Below, one piece after another: positions 15,985 to 26,102 of a DNA stretch of 28,639 nt (its first letter is position 1; each line of letters opens with the position of its first letter). The stretch covers positions 1-28,639 of the forward strand of contig CAXBPH010000066.1 in NCBI GenBank assembly GCA_963977445.1. Direction: 5' to 3'. Source of the DNA: an uncultured bacterium (GTDB lineage Bacteria; Hydrogenedentota; Hydrogenedentia; Hydrogenedentales; JAEUWI01). The notes under the pieces are model-generated. The model did no database searches. It had not been told where the DNA came from and saw only the letters and a program-made list of their open reading frames with translations. Both the position numbers and the translations under genes were made by a program.

Positions 15985-17274
15985 CTATCGAATCAGGTTT
16001 ACGGCTTCCTGAAGGAGGGTATCGGCGGCGGTGATGGTACGTGAATTCGCCTGGAATGCCCGCTGCGTAATGATGAGTTCACTGAATTCGGTACCCAAGT
16101 CCGTGTTGGAGCTTTCCAACACGCCGCCACTCACCGTGCCACGTCCACCTGTGCCGGGGGTGCCGACATTGGCCAGTCCGGAAGCGGGAGACTGACGAAA
16201 TGCGTTATTACCGTCTCGGTCGAGTCCCCCGACATTGGCGAAACTTGCGAGCGCGACCTGGGCAATCACCTGGGTGCGGTCATTGGTGTATACACCGATT
16301 ACCTGGCCATTTCCCCCAATGCTGAAACTATTGAGCACACCGAGCGGAAATCCGTCCTGACTGCGAAGGGTAAGGTCACTGGGGGGTTGAGCACTGGGAT
16401 CGGCGTTGGGATCGGCCGGTGGCGCAAGCTGCGTTACATCGGAAAAATCGAGGGCAACGGTCAGTGCATCGGGAAGGGGGGGCTGTGTTTCCAGTTGGGC
16501 TGCGGTCAGGTTCAACGTACCCGTTGCCGAAGCTCCAATGGCGTTGCCGTTCCCATCGAAGTCGAGTGTGCCGGATCCAGCGGATACAACCCCGCCATCA
16601 CCGGTGTAGCTGGTATTCCAGTCCCACATATTGCCGGTCGCCGATTTGGTAAAGGTAAACTCGATGTTCCGGGCGATGCCGAGCGAGTCAAAGACTTCCA
16701 CATTGCGGACCACACTATCGCCGGCGTTGGTTTCCGAATTGAGGTTGCCCACGAGAGCGGCCGTCGTGGTGGCATTAGCGATACCGTCGCCACCGAGGGG
16801 GATGATGATATCCCCGGGGTTCGTGTTTACCGAGTCAATGGCTCCAGAGGCGTCGGCCGTATAGCCCTGCACGCGCAAACCGGTGGCCGGATCGATGAGC
16901 ACGCCCACCGAGTTGACCGTAAAGGACCCATCTCGGGTGTATACATCGGTAACGCCATCGCTGAGTACGAAGAATCCGTTTCCCTGAATAGCCAGGTCAG
17001 AGTTAATGCCTGTGGTGATTAAGGAGCCTTGGTTGTGATTGACGTCAATACTGGCCGTCTGCACACCGAGACCCACCTGCTGTGGATTGGTCCCACCGTT
17101 GGTGGCCGTCGGGGCGGAACCGCCCGACAGGGTCTGGCTGAAGATGTCCTGAAAGAGGACTCGGGAACTGCGGTAGCCCGTGGTGTTGACGTTGGCAATA
17201 TTGTTGGCGACCACGTCCAATTTTGTTTGCTGCGCCTTCAACCCGGTTACTGCGGTGTACAGTGCTCTGCCCAT
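15985..17274 (-). CDS. flgE: Flagellar hook protein FlgE
   Basis: ANNIANVNTTGY, DLAIQGNGFF, YTRDGSF, LESSNTDL..EF..LIITQRAFQAN; AAGGAG RBS. Confidence 0.97.
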   Translation of the reverse strand: MGRALYTAVTGLKAQQTKLDVVANNIANVNTTGYRSSRVLFQDIFSQTLSGGSAPTATNGGTNPQQVGLGVQTASIDVNHNQGSLITTGINSDLAIQGNGFFVLSDGVTDVYTRDGSFTVNSVGVLIDPATGLRVQGYTADASGAIDSVNTNPGDIIIPLGGDGIANATTTAALVGNLNSETNAGDSVVRNVEVFDSLGIARNIEFTFTKSATGNMWDWNTSYTGDGGVVSAGSGTLDFDGNGNAIGASATGTLNLTAAQLETQPPLPDALTVALDFSDVTQLAPPADPNADPSAQPPSDLTLRSQDGFPLGVLNSFSIGGNGQVIGVYTNDRTQVIAQVALASFANVGGLDRDGNNAFRQSPASGLANVGTPGTGGRGTVSGGVLESSNTDLGTEFSELIITQRAFQANSRTITAADTLLQEAVNLIR

Positions 17275-17318
17275 GATGGTGCTCCTTGTCAGGCGGCCAA
17301 TGCGCGCCCGCGTGATAG

Positions 17319-17960
17319 CTAAAATCGTTCAATCAAATCGGTAATGGACGCGCCAAGCTTTTTGAAGACCCCGCGCTTTTCTTCCGAGCTGTTATCTGTA
17401 GTTGAACTCTTTGATGTGTTTACGGGCGCGTCCTCCGAAATGGAAAGGACGTTACTCATGGATACGATTTGGCCCTCCACGTTGAGTACGACAATACTGC
17501 CATCGAGATAAACCGAATCTACTTGTCCGGTCGTCACCTCGCCGCGGTCATTGATACCCTCGACATATTTTCCGATAAGCCCCTGAGCAGAAATGAAATT
17601 CAGCTGGTCCATATTGCCGGCCAGCAATTCAAAACTGCTGTTCAGCTTCTCCGTGCCTTCCAGAGCCGAAAATTGAGCCAACTGGGCAATCATGTCGGAG
17701 TTGTTCACCGGTTCCAGGGGATCTTGATTCTGTAATTCCAATACCAGCAACTGCAGAAAGGCATCCTTGCCCAGCGCATCATTGGGCACGGTTGCCGCCG
17801 AATTTCCCGTTGTTTGCTTGGTGCTGGTCGATTTCTGGGTGGTGGCGGTCATTTTGGCGCGAAAGGAAGACGTGATTTCCTTAAAGGCGTTGTCCTGTTG
17901 CGCGTGAGAAACAGAAAGGTTTCCCAGACTGTTACCCCGATAGCCGACGAGTGCGTTCAT
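17319..17960 (-). CDS. flgD: Flagellar hook capping protein FlgD
   Basis: LGKDAFLQLLVLELQNQDPLEP...IAQLAQFS; AAGGAG RBS. Confidence 0.95.
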   Translation of the reverse strand: MNALVGYRGNSLGNLSVSHAQQDNAFKEITSSFRAKMTATTQKSTSTKQTTGNSAATVPNDALGKDAFLQLLVLELQNQDPLEPVNNSDMIAQLAQFSALEGTEKLNSSFELLAGNMDQLNFISAQGLIGKYVEGINDRGEVTTGQVDSVYLDGSIVVLNVEGQIVSMSNVLSISEDAPVNTSKSSTTDNSSEEKRGVFKKLGASITDLIERF

Positions 17961-17978
17961 TGCATGCTCCTTACTGGG

Positions 17979-19283
17979 CTAGGCCAACACGTTAATGCCA
18001 CTAGAAAGCGGATTGACGGTGACAAGATTCGATGAGATTGTTGGTATGGGGCGGCCCGTAGTGCCGACGGCTGCCGTTATCGGACGGCCAAGATTCTTTT
18101 TCGGCATCCCGGGGGTGTCCGAGTCGTGCCGTCCTTTGTGATTGGATCCGTCTTCGACCAGCGCTTCGGTGAGATTGAAACCCTGCTTTTCCAGGGCATC
18201 GCGCAGGGCCGACATCTGGCTGTCGAGGGCATCGCGGACGTGTGGGCTTGCGGAAATCATGGTCACCCGAACGGTGTCGCCCACGCGGTGTACTTCCAGT
18301 TTTAATTCGCCAAGGTTCTCCGGAGAGAGGCGAAGTCGAATGGTGGACTTTCCATCTTCCTGGAGGATCTGAATCTGTTGGGCAATTTCGCCGGGCAGAT
18401 TGGCCATGGGAATGCGCGGGCCCGACGTTTGTGGTGCAACGCGAACGCCACCCACTTCCGTTGCTGTGGACTGGGGCAGAGGGGCCGCATCGCTTCCGGG
18501 CTCCCGGGCGGCGTCCACCGTTGGCGTTTCCACCTCGATGTCCCTAGGGGCGGATGGGGGATTGGCATCTTTTCCGACAAGGTCCACATTGCTTCGATTG
18601 ACCGCTTTTTCAGCGAGCAAGGCGTTCAGTGTTTTCGGGAAAGGGGGCTTTGTCTCTGGAGTTGGGGGTGCATCGGTTTCTTCCTCGGCTCCGAGGGCAA
18701 GGGTCTCATCCGGTGCGGTGTCCCCCGTTTTCAGCTGGGGTTGGGCCTGCGTTGGTACGTTCGCCGTGGTCGTGGCCGTATGAATCGTGTCGTCCACGCC
18801 GGAAGAGACTTCCTTTGGACTCGAAATTACGGCGGGTGTTGATGAAACCCGCGTTTCCTCTGTGGATGCCTCGCCGTCTTCCGTTTGGCTTGACGGTGCG
18901 CCGCTTAACAGCAACGCCCCATCATCGGGGTCGCTTGTCGCAGTGCCGTCGGTTGCCGTATCGTCTGTTGTTGCTTCCCCGTTCTGGTCTGTCGTGGAGG
19001 CGATGTCGGTTGTTTCCGCTTCCGCGGTTGTTGTTTCGGTAGACGCCCCATTCTCCGCGCTCACTTCCACCTTCTCCACCGTCGACGTGTTTTCCTCCTG
19101 CGCTACAGTATGCTTCTCGTTGGGCTGTTCTACCGGCGGTGTTGCTTTTTCGTCGTCCCGCGCGGATTTCATCTCCGATAAGACCGTGATAAAGCTGGTC
19201 GTGCCCGTGGCGTAGGCGTAGGACTTGGGATCGGCCGCTTTCCGCTGAGGTTCCTGGGCTGGGGGAGCTGCTTCAATGATCAT
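17979..19283 (-). CDS. fliK: Flagellar hook-length control protein FliK
   Basis: Long T/E/P/A-rich disordered N-terminus plus C-terminal LRLSPENLGELKLEV...LRDALEKQG; upstream of flgD. ATG 19283 preferred. Confidence 0.92.
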   Translation of the reverse strand: MIIEAAPPAQEPQRKAADPKSYAYATGTTSFITVLSEMKSARDDEKATPPVEQPNEKHTVAQEENTSTVEKVEVSAENGASTETTTAEAETTDIASTTDQNGEATTDDTATDGTATSDPDDGALLLSGAPSSQTEDGEASTEETRVSSTPAVISSPKEVSSGVDDTIHTATTTANVPTQAQPQLKTGDTAPDETLALGAEEETDAPPTPETKPPFPKTLNALLAEKAVNRSNVDLVGKDANPPSAPRDIEVETPTVDAAREPGSDAAPLPQSTATEVGGVRVAPQTSGPRIPMANLPGEIAQQIQILQEDGKSTIRLRLSPENLGELKLEVHRVGDTVRVTMISASPHVRDALDSQMSALRDALEKQGFNLTEALVEDGSNHKGRHDSDTPGMPKKNLGRPITAAVGTTGRPIPTISSNLVTVNPLSSGINVLA

Positions 19284-19390
19284 GGCAAAACCCTTGTTGT
19301 GAGTATGGCAGTGTGCAGGGCACATAAAATGGCAGCAGCCATCCTGGGTATGTTGTCGGGATGGGTGTCGTGGATGTATGGAGCATCGCT

Positions 19391-19413
19391 TGGGTATGAA
19401 AAATTCATACCCA
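19391..19413. promoter_or_regulatory. Perfect dyad upstream of fliK (operator or RNA hairpin)
   Basis: TGGGTATGAA-AAA-TTCATACCCA, 10-bp arms. Confidence 0.45.
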
Positions 19414-19481
19414 TGGTGTTCGTATAGTGGGACTGACCTTGTGGACAGTCCGTGGGCTCCAGGGAAGGAGCGTGGGGGGGA

Positions 19482-20048
19482 TTAATTCTGGGTGCCGAGA
19501 ATTTCTTTAATGACCCGTGCCGCACTTTCCGTGTTCATGGCTTCGAGGATTTCAGCCCGCTTCTTATCCTTGACGTTCAACAGGATTTCAGCGATTTCAT
19601 CGGTAGGCATGGTTTCCAGCCGTTCGGCCGCGTTTTCCGCTTCCATACTCTCCAGTGTGATGGCGATAGTCTTTAACTGGGTCGTTCGGCTCTCGGTAGC
19701 CGCGTCAAAGGATTCGTTGATGCTCTTTTGCAACATTTCCAGTTCAGAGCGAGCTTTGCCCAAGTCCTCTTCCCGTTGCTGCAACTGCTTTTCCCGTTCG
19801 TCCATCGCTATTTTTCGTTCATCCAGCTCCCGGGACCGGTCATTTAGCTGTTGGGCCAGGGTGCCGAGTGCGGGTTGGTTGGCGGTGGATTCGGCATTCT
19901 TCATTGACTCCGATTCCGCGAAGGCTTCGGGGTCGGTCACCGCTTTGAGGGCGTCCATGGAAAGATTGCCGTCCATGGCGAGTAATGCGGCCAATGTCGC
20001 GGCAAGGGATATGACGAAAATCATCCCGGCTATAATTAATTTTATCAT
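19482..20048 (-). CDS. MotE/YlxF-like flagellar protein (TM, coiled coil, MgtE-N-like repeats)
   Basis: N-terminal TM, coiled coil, then ESMEAENAAERLETM...AEILEAMNTESAA; fliJ-fliK position. Confidence 0.8.
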   Translation of the reverse strand: MIKLIIAGMIFVISLAATLAALLAMDGNLSMDALKAVTDPEAFAESESMKNAESTANQPALGTLAQQLNDRSRELDERKIAMDEREKQLQQREEDLGKARSELEMLQKSINESFDAATESRTTQLKTIAITLESMEAENAAERLETMPTDEIAEILLNVKDKKRAEILEAMNTESAARVIKEILGTQN

Positions 20049-20067
20049 GACTGATTACCCCTGTGAA

Positions 20068-20532
20068 TTAGGCGTTACGCGTTCCGGATTGTCCGGGGTT
20101 TCTGTCCGCATACATGGTTGCGGTCTCGTCGGTTTGCTTCTGTTCATCCCGTTCGAGCTGAGCTCGGTAGGCCTGGCGTCGACGCTCATGGAGTTTCTCT
20201 GCAATACGCCGAACCTGGGAGGCACCCTCCAGGGTAGCGAGTTTTTCGGATTCGATACGCTGTAATTCCCGTATCTCCGCATCTTTCTGGTCCCGCAGTG
20301 TGGCCAGGTGGCGTTCGTATTGATAATAGCTTCGAATTTCAGCGGCATCAAATTTGACCATTAGATTCTGGCCCGCGTGCTCCAGAGCCGATTGCCGTGT
20401 TAACTCGAGGGAGGTGCGCTGCCGTTGGGCCTGTTGCACTTCCAATCGACTCACGGCCAGATCCTGGGCCTTCAATTCCTCGCTTTGCTTGCGCAAGCGA
20501 AGGAGTGCGGCATATCGGTTGGGGTTGCGCAT
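20068..20532 (-). CDS. fliJ: Flagellar export protein FliJ
   Basis: 154-aa coiled coil directly after fliI; ends EQKQTDE. Confidence 0.85.
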   Translation of the reverse strand: MRNPNRYAALLRLRKQSEELKAQDLAVSRLEVQQAQRQRTSLELTRQSALEHAGQNLMVKFDAAEIRSYYQYERHLATLRDQKDAEIRELQRIESEKLATLEGASQVRRIAEKLHERRRQAYRAQLERDEQKQTDETATMYADRNPGQSGTRNA

Positions 20533-20535
20533 GAG

Positions 20536-21858
20536 CTATCGGTTTTCCGTCAATTTGGACAATCGGTGTATCGTTTCAGGAAGGGTCATCTCCTCGTTGA
20601 GGCCCTGTCGCAGAAAGGCATTGAAGTCGGGCATGAGCTGGATGGCGAGATCGATTTCACTGTTGCTGCCGGGCACATAGGCCCCGATGTTTATCAGATC
20701 TTCGGCATCGCGATAGGCCGCCAGTAACTCGCGAAAGCGGAAGGCCCAGCGGCGATGATTCTCGTCGGTGACTTCGTTCATCACGCGGCTGATACTGCCC
20801 AGTAATTCTATGGGCGGATAATGGCCTTTACCGGCAAGGTCCCGGGAGAGGACGATGTGCCCGTCGAGAATACTGCGGACCGTGTCACCCACGGGATCAT
20901 TCAGGTCGTCGGCTTCCACCAATACGGCGTAGAAGCCGGTAATACTGCCTTTTGCCGAGGTGCCTGCGCGTTCCAATAACTGGGGGAGCATGGCGTATAC
21001 CGACGGGGGATAGCCCCGCGTCGTAGGGGGTTCACCGACGGCGAGACCTACTTCCCGTTGGGCCATGGCCACACGAGAAACAGAATCCATGATGAGCATG
21101 ACATTGAGTCCCTGCTCACGAAACCATTCGGCAATCGCCGTGGCAATAAATGCACCGTTTAACCGGAGCAGGGCCGGCTCGTCGGAGGTAGCCACCACCA
21201 CGATGGACCGGGAAAGGCCTTCGTTGCCCAAATCGACTTCGATAAATTCGCGGACTTCCCGCCCGCGCTCCCCGATGAGTGCGATTACATTCAAGTCGGC
21301 GTCGGTATTTCGGGATATCATGCCGATAAGCTTACTTTTTCCAACGCCACTGCCCGACATGATGCCCATGCGCTGGCCGCGACCGCAGGTCAGGCAGGCA
21401 TCAATCGCCCGGACACCCGTGGTAATTGGGGTTAGAATACGCTGGCGTGACATAGGCGGCGGCGGATCCGCACGAAGGGGGACGCGCGCCACATAGTCCA
21501 GGGGCGTGTCATTATCAATGGGCAAGCCGTTGCTGCCGATGACCCGCCCAATTAATCCGGGGCCTACGGCGACGGTGGGTGCCTGGTGTGTTGGTCGGAG
21601 CCGACAACCGGGGCCTACACCGTTCATGGTGCCCAGGGGCATGAGAAGAATCTTCTCCCGGCGAAAGCCCACGACCTCTACGGGGATGGGGGTATCTGAA
21701 CGGGGTGATTCAACATAGCAGAGGTCACCGACCTGCATGGGCGGGCCCGTCGCTTCGATGGTCAGGCCGACAATATCGGTAATTTTTCCCGATGCCACCA
21801 TAGGGTGTTGGGATTCGATGCGTTGCATGTGGCCGGAGAGGTCAATCATCGCCGTCAA
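20536..21858 (-). CDS. fliI: Flagellum-specific ATPase FliI
   Basis: GSGVGKS Walker A, LIGERGREV, DSVSRVAMAQREVGL..GEPP..RGYPPS, SILDGH. Confidence 0.98.
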   Translation of the reverse strand: MTAMIDLSGHMQRIESQHPMVASGKITDIVGLTIEATGPPMQVGDLCYVESPRSDTPIPVEVVGFRREKILLMPLGTMNGVGPGCRLRPTHQAPTVAVGPGLIGRVIGSNGLPIDNDTPLDYVARVPLRADPPPPMSRQRILTPITTGVRAIDACLTCGRGQRMGIMSGSGVGKSKLIGMISRNTDADLNVIALIGERGREVREFIEVDLGNEGLSRSIVVVATSDEPALLRLNGAFIATAIAEWFREQGLNVMLIMDSVSRVAMAQREVGLAVGEPPTTRGYPPSVYAMLPQLLERAGTSAKGSITGFYAVLVEADDLNDPVGDTVRSILDGHIVLSRDLAGKGHYPPIELLGSISRVMNEVTDENHRRWAFRFRELLAAYRDAEDLINIGAYVPGSNSEIDLAIQLMPDFNAFLRQGLNEEMTLPETIHRLSKLTENR

Positions 21859-22559
21859 TCCGTCAGGGAACTGAGTACTTGCTCCAACAGCGTATCCAGT
21901 CGCCCATCCACATCTGACGACGCGGTGCTGGCGATACAGCCGCCGGGGGCAATGGATTCGTCGGCCTGGAGGGATAAGGATTCGATACGGGGGAAGGAAT
22001 CCAGTAACTCCACCTCATGATCCCGAATGGCATCCAGGTCGGCGGGGTTGAGTGACAGGGTGACCTGATGCCCGTCGGTCAGTAGAGCCAAGGCACGTCG
22101 AACCGTTTGTTCCAGGACTTCGGGGTTGGTTTTCAGTTCTACCTCGATCACCTTGGTCGCGATGGCCTTGACGAGCGTGAGCACCTGGGGCGAAAGATTA
22201 TCCAGAAATTCCGTATGTTTCTCTTCAATTGCCTTGCCGGCCTGCTCCAGGGCTTCCGCACACTGGGCGAGGGTCAAATCAAAGGCTTCCTGCCCTGCTG
22301 CCGTGCCTCGGGCCAGTCCTTCACGGTAGGCTTCCTTAACTTTTTCCTCGGCATCGGCACGAAGGGTTGCCATCAGTTCTTCACGAAGGGCTTCGGGATC
22401 CTGCGGAACTTCCGGTTCCTCGATTTCCTCGTCGATCTCGACAAGCTCTTCAAACGCGGGAGGGGCCTGGTCCTTGTCCGGGAAAGATTCGAGTAAATCC
22501 CGGTCGTAGGGCGAAACGCTCTCGGTCTGGGCGTGGATAAACTTGAGGATCTTAGCCAT
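21855..22559 (-). CDS. fliH: Flagellar assembly protein FliH
   Basis: AYREGLARGTAAG GxxxG repeats, LNPAD, D.SIAPGGC; 4-nt overlap with fliI. Confidence 0.92.
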   Translation of the reverse strand: MAKILKFIHAQTESVSPYDRDLLESFPDKDQAPPAFEELVEIDEEIEEPEVPQDPEALREELMATLRADAEEKVKEAYREGLARGTAAGQEAFDLTLAQCAEALEQAGKAIEEKHTEFLDNLSPQVLTLVKAIATKVIEVELKTNPEVLEQTVRRALALLTDGHQVTLSLNPADLDAIRDHEVELLDSFPRIESLSLQADESIAPGGCIASTASSDVDGRLDTLLEQVLSSLTD

Positions 22560-22597
22560 GACAGCGGACCTCTGGTACCGTTCCCGGGGAGGGAGGG

Positions 22598-23656
22598 TTA
22601 GACGAGGATTTCATCCGCATCCCCGCCGCCGCGGCCGGAGATGACCACGTCGCCTGATTCTTCGAGGCGCCGTACGATAGCCACGATTTTCTGTTGCGCT
22701 TCTTCTACATTCTTCATGCGGACAGGCCCCATGAAGTCGATTTCTTCCTGAATCATTTCGCGGGCACGCTCGGACATGTTGCGGAGCACTTTTTCCCGGA
22801 CTTCGTCGCTGGAACTCTTGAGGGCCAGGGCCAGGTCCTTGCTTTCGACTTCGCGCAAGGTCTTTTGAATGCCGGCATCATCCACAAAAGCGATATCGTC
22901 GAAGGTAAACATGAGTCGGGCGATTTCGTCGGCCAATTCGGGGTCTCGCTCTTCGAGGTCGGCCATAATGGTCTTTTCGGTCGCCCGCTCGATCATATTC
23001 AGTATTTCGGCCACGTCTTTCACGCCACCGGCGAAGGTGAAGCCCTGGCTGAACACGGCGGCCATTTTACGCTCGAGTACCCGCTCCACTTCGCGCACGA
23101 TTTCCGGCGCGGTGCGGTCCATAGTGGCGATTCGAATCACCACATCGGATTGGACATCCTGGGGCAGGGAAGAGAGGATGATAGAGGCCGTGGCCGGATT
23201 CATATGGGCCAGAATGAGTGAAATGGTCTGGGGGTGTTCGTCCTGAATAAAGCTGGAGACCTGGGAGGGGTCCGCCTTTTTTAAGAACTGAAAGGGCACT
23301 TCCTGCAGGCTGCTCTGGAGCCGGTTGAGGATTTCAAAGGCCCGCTCGCTGCCAAAGGATTTCTCCAGGAGGTCCTTGGCGAAGTTGATGCCACCCTGGG
23401 CAACAAAACGCTTGGCCACGGCCATCTCATAGAATTCATCGAGCACACCGGACTTGATATTGGCGTCGACGGTGCCCAGCCCGGACAGGTCCAGGGTCAT
23501 CTGGTCGATTTCATCGTCGGAGAAGTTGCCCATCACCCGACTGGCATTGTCGGGGCCCAGGCATGCAAGCAGAATGGCTGCCTTGCGGCGGCCATCCATT
23601 TCTGCAACGAGATTTTTGTTTGCTTCGGGATCCGTGGTCTTAATCCTCGTCGGCAC
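22598..23656 (-). CDS. fliG: Flagellar motor switch protein FliG
   Basis: RKAAILL, GG..FAKDLL, EHPQT, MFTFDD, NMSERA..., VEEAQQ. Confidence 0.97.
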   Translation of the reverse strand: MPTRIKTTDPEANKNLVAEMDGRRKAAILLACLGPDNASRVMGNFSDDEIDQMTLDLSGLGTVDANIKSGVLDEFYEMAVAKRFVAQGGINFAKDLLEKSFGSERAFEILNRLQSSLQEVPFQFLKKADPSQVSSFIQDEHPQTISLILAHMNPATASIILSSLPQDVQSDVVIRIATMDRTAPEIVREVERVLERKMAAVFSQGFTFAGGVKDVAEILNMIERATEKTIMADLEERDPELADEIARLMFTFDDIAFVDDAGIQKTLREVESKDLALALKSSSDEVREKVLRNMSERAREMIQEEIDFMGPVRMKNVEEAQQKIVAIVRRLEESGDVVISGRGGGDADEILV

Positions 23657-25229
23657 TCATCCAGCTGCGCAGCAGGGCGGCAACAGCTTCGGGGTCGTCC
23701 ATAGAAAGTTGAGAAATTTCCGAGGACACTTCCTGGCGGCGCATGTCCTCCAGGGTGGCGGCGGGGATTTCCCGAGCTTCTTCTTCTGGTTTTTCGTCTC
23801 CAGGAATAATGGTGGAATTCCGGAGTAATTTACGTATGCCCAGGAAGCCGATAATAATCATCAGCAATTGGACACCCATCGAAATCATATTACTTGAAAA
23901 CGCCCGGCTGGCAGCAGCCTCGCGACTCGCGATAGCGTCGCTGACAAGGCCCAATCCGGCGATATTGAAGGGGTGGTCAACGATACTTACCTCGGTCTCC
24001 GCGCCTTCTACGCTTACGGCATTCTGGGCAAGGGCGGTCAGTGTGGTCCGGAGCCCTTCGGTGAGACCCACATATTCCTTCTTCAGCTCACCGTTTTCAT
24101 TTTCCACTTCACGGGTTTCATCACCCTGAACCACCAACGCTATCTTGTATTTTATCACATCTCCCGGCTCTTTGCGGGTCCGGGTGGTGATTCGGCTGGG
24201 TTCGTAGTTGATGAGCTCGTCTTTGGTAAGTTCCTTGGTTTCGATCCCACCGGGGGTGGCGGCGGCTTCGGGGACGTTTTGAAAGGCACCGGGCGCCCCT
24301 TCGGGGAGGCGTTCTGCGGAGCTCAGCTCGTGGTTTTGTTTCCACTCGCTGAGGGCCGTACCTTCGGTGACGGCATCTTCCGTCATTTCCTTGTGATCAA
24401 AATCGATGTCCGCACTGACCATAACGGTATGTTGGACACCGAGTTTCGACAGGCTGTTTCGAATCTTGTCTTCAATGCGCCGCTCTACATCGTCCTGATA
24501 TTCGAGTTTGTCGTTGGCAATGGCCGCGAACTCGGATTCGGCGGGTAGATGGAGGGCACCCATGTCGGTGGTGGCGAGGGTAATGTTTCCGGGGTGGAGG
24601 TTGGTGCCGCCTGCACGGCTAATCATGCTCACGAGGAGTTTGGTTTCGTGCTTGGAGACGGGGCGGTTCACCTTGAGCGTGACCACCGCTTCGGAAGGGG
24701 CCTGCTGGTCGACAAAGAGATCCTGCTCCGCTTCGCGTATTAATACGTGGGAATCATCTACAAAGTCGAATAAATTGAGCTGGTTTTCCAGTTCGCCCTG
24801 AATCGCCCGCATAAAATTGATGTTGTTGAGCCACTGGTTGGACATGAGATCGGGGCTGGCGAAGATTTCCTCGAAGCCGCTTGGTACGCTCTGGCCGACG
24901 GGAAGATTGTTTCGCTCCAGTTCGAGGAGCATGGAACCGCGATCCTTGGGGAGGACACGAATGGCGTGTTCGGACTCATCAATGACGTAGGGGATCTTTT
25001 TAGCATCGAGGAGGGCCGAGGCTTCGCCAATCTGATCGGCCGAGAGGTTGTCAGCGAGGGTCACGTAACGGGTTTCACCGCCGGTGAAGCTTACAAAGGC
25101 AATGGCTGCGGCAATGAGGAGACCCCAGCCCACAATCATGACGCGGGGACCGGCGGGAAGTCGTCCCCATGTTTCTTGAATCGTGTGTCCTTGTTGTCGA
25201 AGGAAATCGATAAAAGTGGCCAAATTCAC
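23640..25229 (-). CDS. fliF: Flagellar MS-ring protein FliF
   Basis: Two TM segments, GFEEIF, RAIQGEL, SEAVVTL, C-terminal DPEAVAALLRSWM. Confidence 0.93.
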   Translation of the reverse strand: MNLATFIDFLRQQGHTIQETWGRLPAGPRVMIVGWGLLIAAAIAFVSFTGGETRYVTLADNLSADQIGEASALLDAKKIPYVIDESEHAIRVLPKDRGSMLLELERNNLPVGQSVPSGFEEIFASPDLMSNQWLNNINFMRAIQGELENQLNLFDFVDDSHVLIREAEQDLFVDQQAPSEAVVTLKVNRPVSKHETKLLVSMISRAGGTNLHPGNITLATTDMGALHLPAESEFAAIANDKLEYQDDVERRIEDKIRNSLSKLGVQHTVMVSADIDFDHKEMTEDAVTEGTALSEWKQNHELSSAERLPEGAPGAFQNVPEAAATPGGIETKELTKDELINYEPSRITTRTRKEPGDVIKYKIALVVQGDETREVENENGELKKEYVGLTEGLRTTLTALAQNAVSVEGAETEVSIVDHPFNIAGLGLVSDAIASREAAASRAFSSNMISMGVQLLMIIIGFLGIRKLLRNSTIIPGDEKPEEEAREIPAATLEDMRRQEVSSEISQLSMDDPEAVAALLRSWMSADED

Positions 25230-25686
25230 GTATCTACCCTAACCTGCCGTCCGCCGGAAGTTACCCGGACAATCGGCGCTCCGATATTGCGGTTGCCTTC
25301 TCAACGATCCTGCCTTGGACCACTGGGTCGACACACCACACCCATTCACAATCTGTGCCGTTGGCAGAAAACACTTTTCCGCCACGGACCTCTTGCGCCT
25401 GGTACCGGTACTGCCGTGCAATACGGATACGTCAGGGAACCAGCCAAAATGCACTACCCCGCAGGCAGGGCACAGGCCGGAGACTGCACAGCACTCCGAA
25501 CCACGGGCACATCCCAAGTTGCCGGTGGGGGAAACGCTGTGTAGCGTAGATTCAATTGTAACCTCCGCGCGCCAGACCCTGTAAACGCCTTCACAAGGTC
25601 CGTAACGTATAGAATCGCATCGTTTTGGCCCATCCTGGCCAGACTGCGACCCGCATCCGTGCGGCGTTGATGTATTCTATATACCA

Positions 25687-25722
25687 GCAACCATGGCGGG
25701 GTAATTTCCACGCCATAGTTGC
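25687..25722. other. Strong inverted repeat downstream of fliE
   Basis: GCAACCATGGCG-N12-CGCCATAGTTGC (11/12 match, a G-U pair in the minus-strand RNA); no U-tract. Confidence 0.55.
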
Positions 25723-25753
25723 GATGGGTTTGATTGTAGCGACTGCGCAGCCA

Positions 25754-26077
25754 CTAGATCTGCATGCGCATGATTTCTTCGTAGGCCGTCATGACTTTGT
25801 TCCGAACCGTCATCATGGTTTGGAAGGAAACATCAGCCTTTTCCACCGCCACCAACGCCTCGGAAACGTCTTTGATCTCACCGGCCACCAATTGCTTGAT
25901 GGTGGAGTCGGCTTCCGTCTGGAGGTGTTGCACTTCGGTAACGGCATCCGCGAGCACATCCTGAAAGGACCGGTTTTCCAGACCCACAGGATGGGGCTGA
26001 GCCGGTCGCATTTGCTTGGCACTAATCTCCGGGGGTTGGAGGTTAGTGCCTGGTATGTTCAACGGATCGATAAACAC
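25754..26077 (-). CDS. fliE: Flagellar hook-basal body protein FliE
   Basis: SFQDVL...AVEKADVSFQ...VRNKVMTAYEEIMRMQI. Confidence 0.96.
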   Translation of the reverse strand: MFIDPLNIPGTNLQPPEISAKQMRPAQPHPVGLENRSFQDVLADAVTEVQHLQTEADSTIKQLVAGEIKDVSEALVAVEKADVSFQTMMTVRNKVMTAYEEIMRMQI

Positions 26078-26102
26078 GCTAATTGTCCTCGGTTACTACC
26101 GA

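Noticed and set aside
25239..25517. 92-aa Cys-rich ORF (CPACG) upstream of fliF
   Set aside because: No clear RBS, atypical composition and no second CxxC pair; probably spurious, though not excluded without Ribo-seq.
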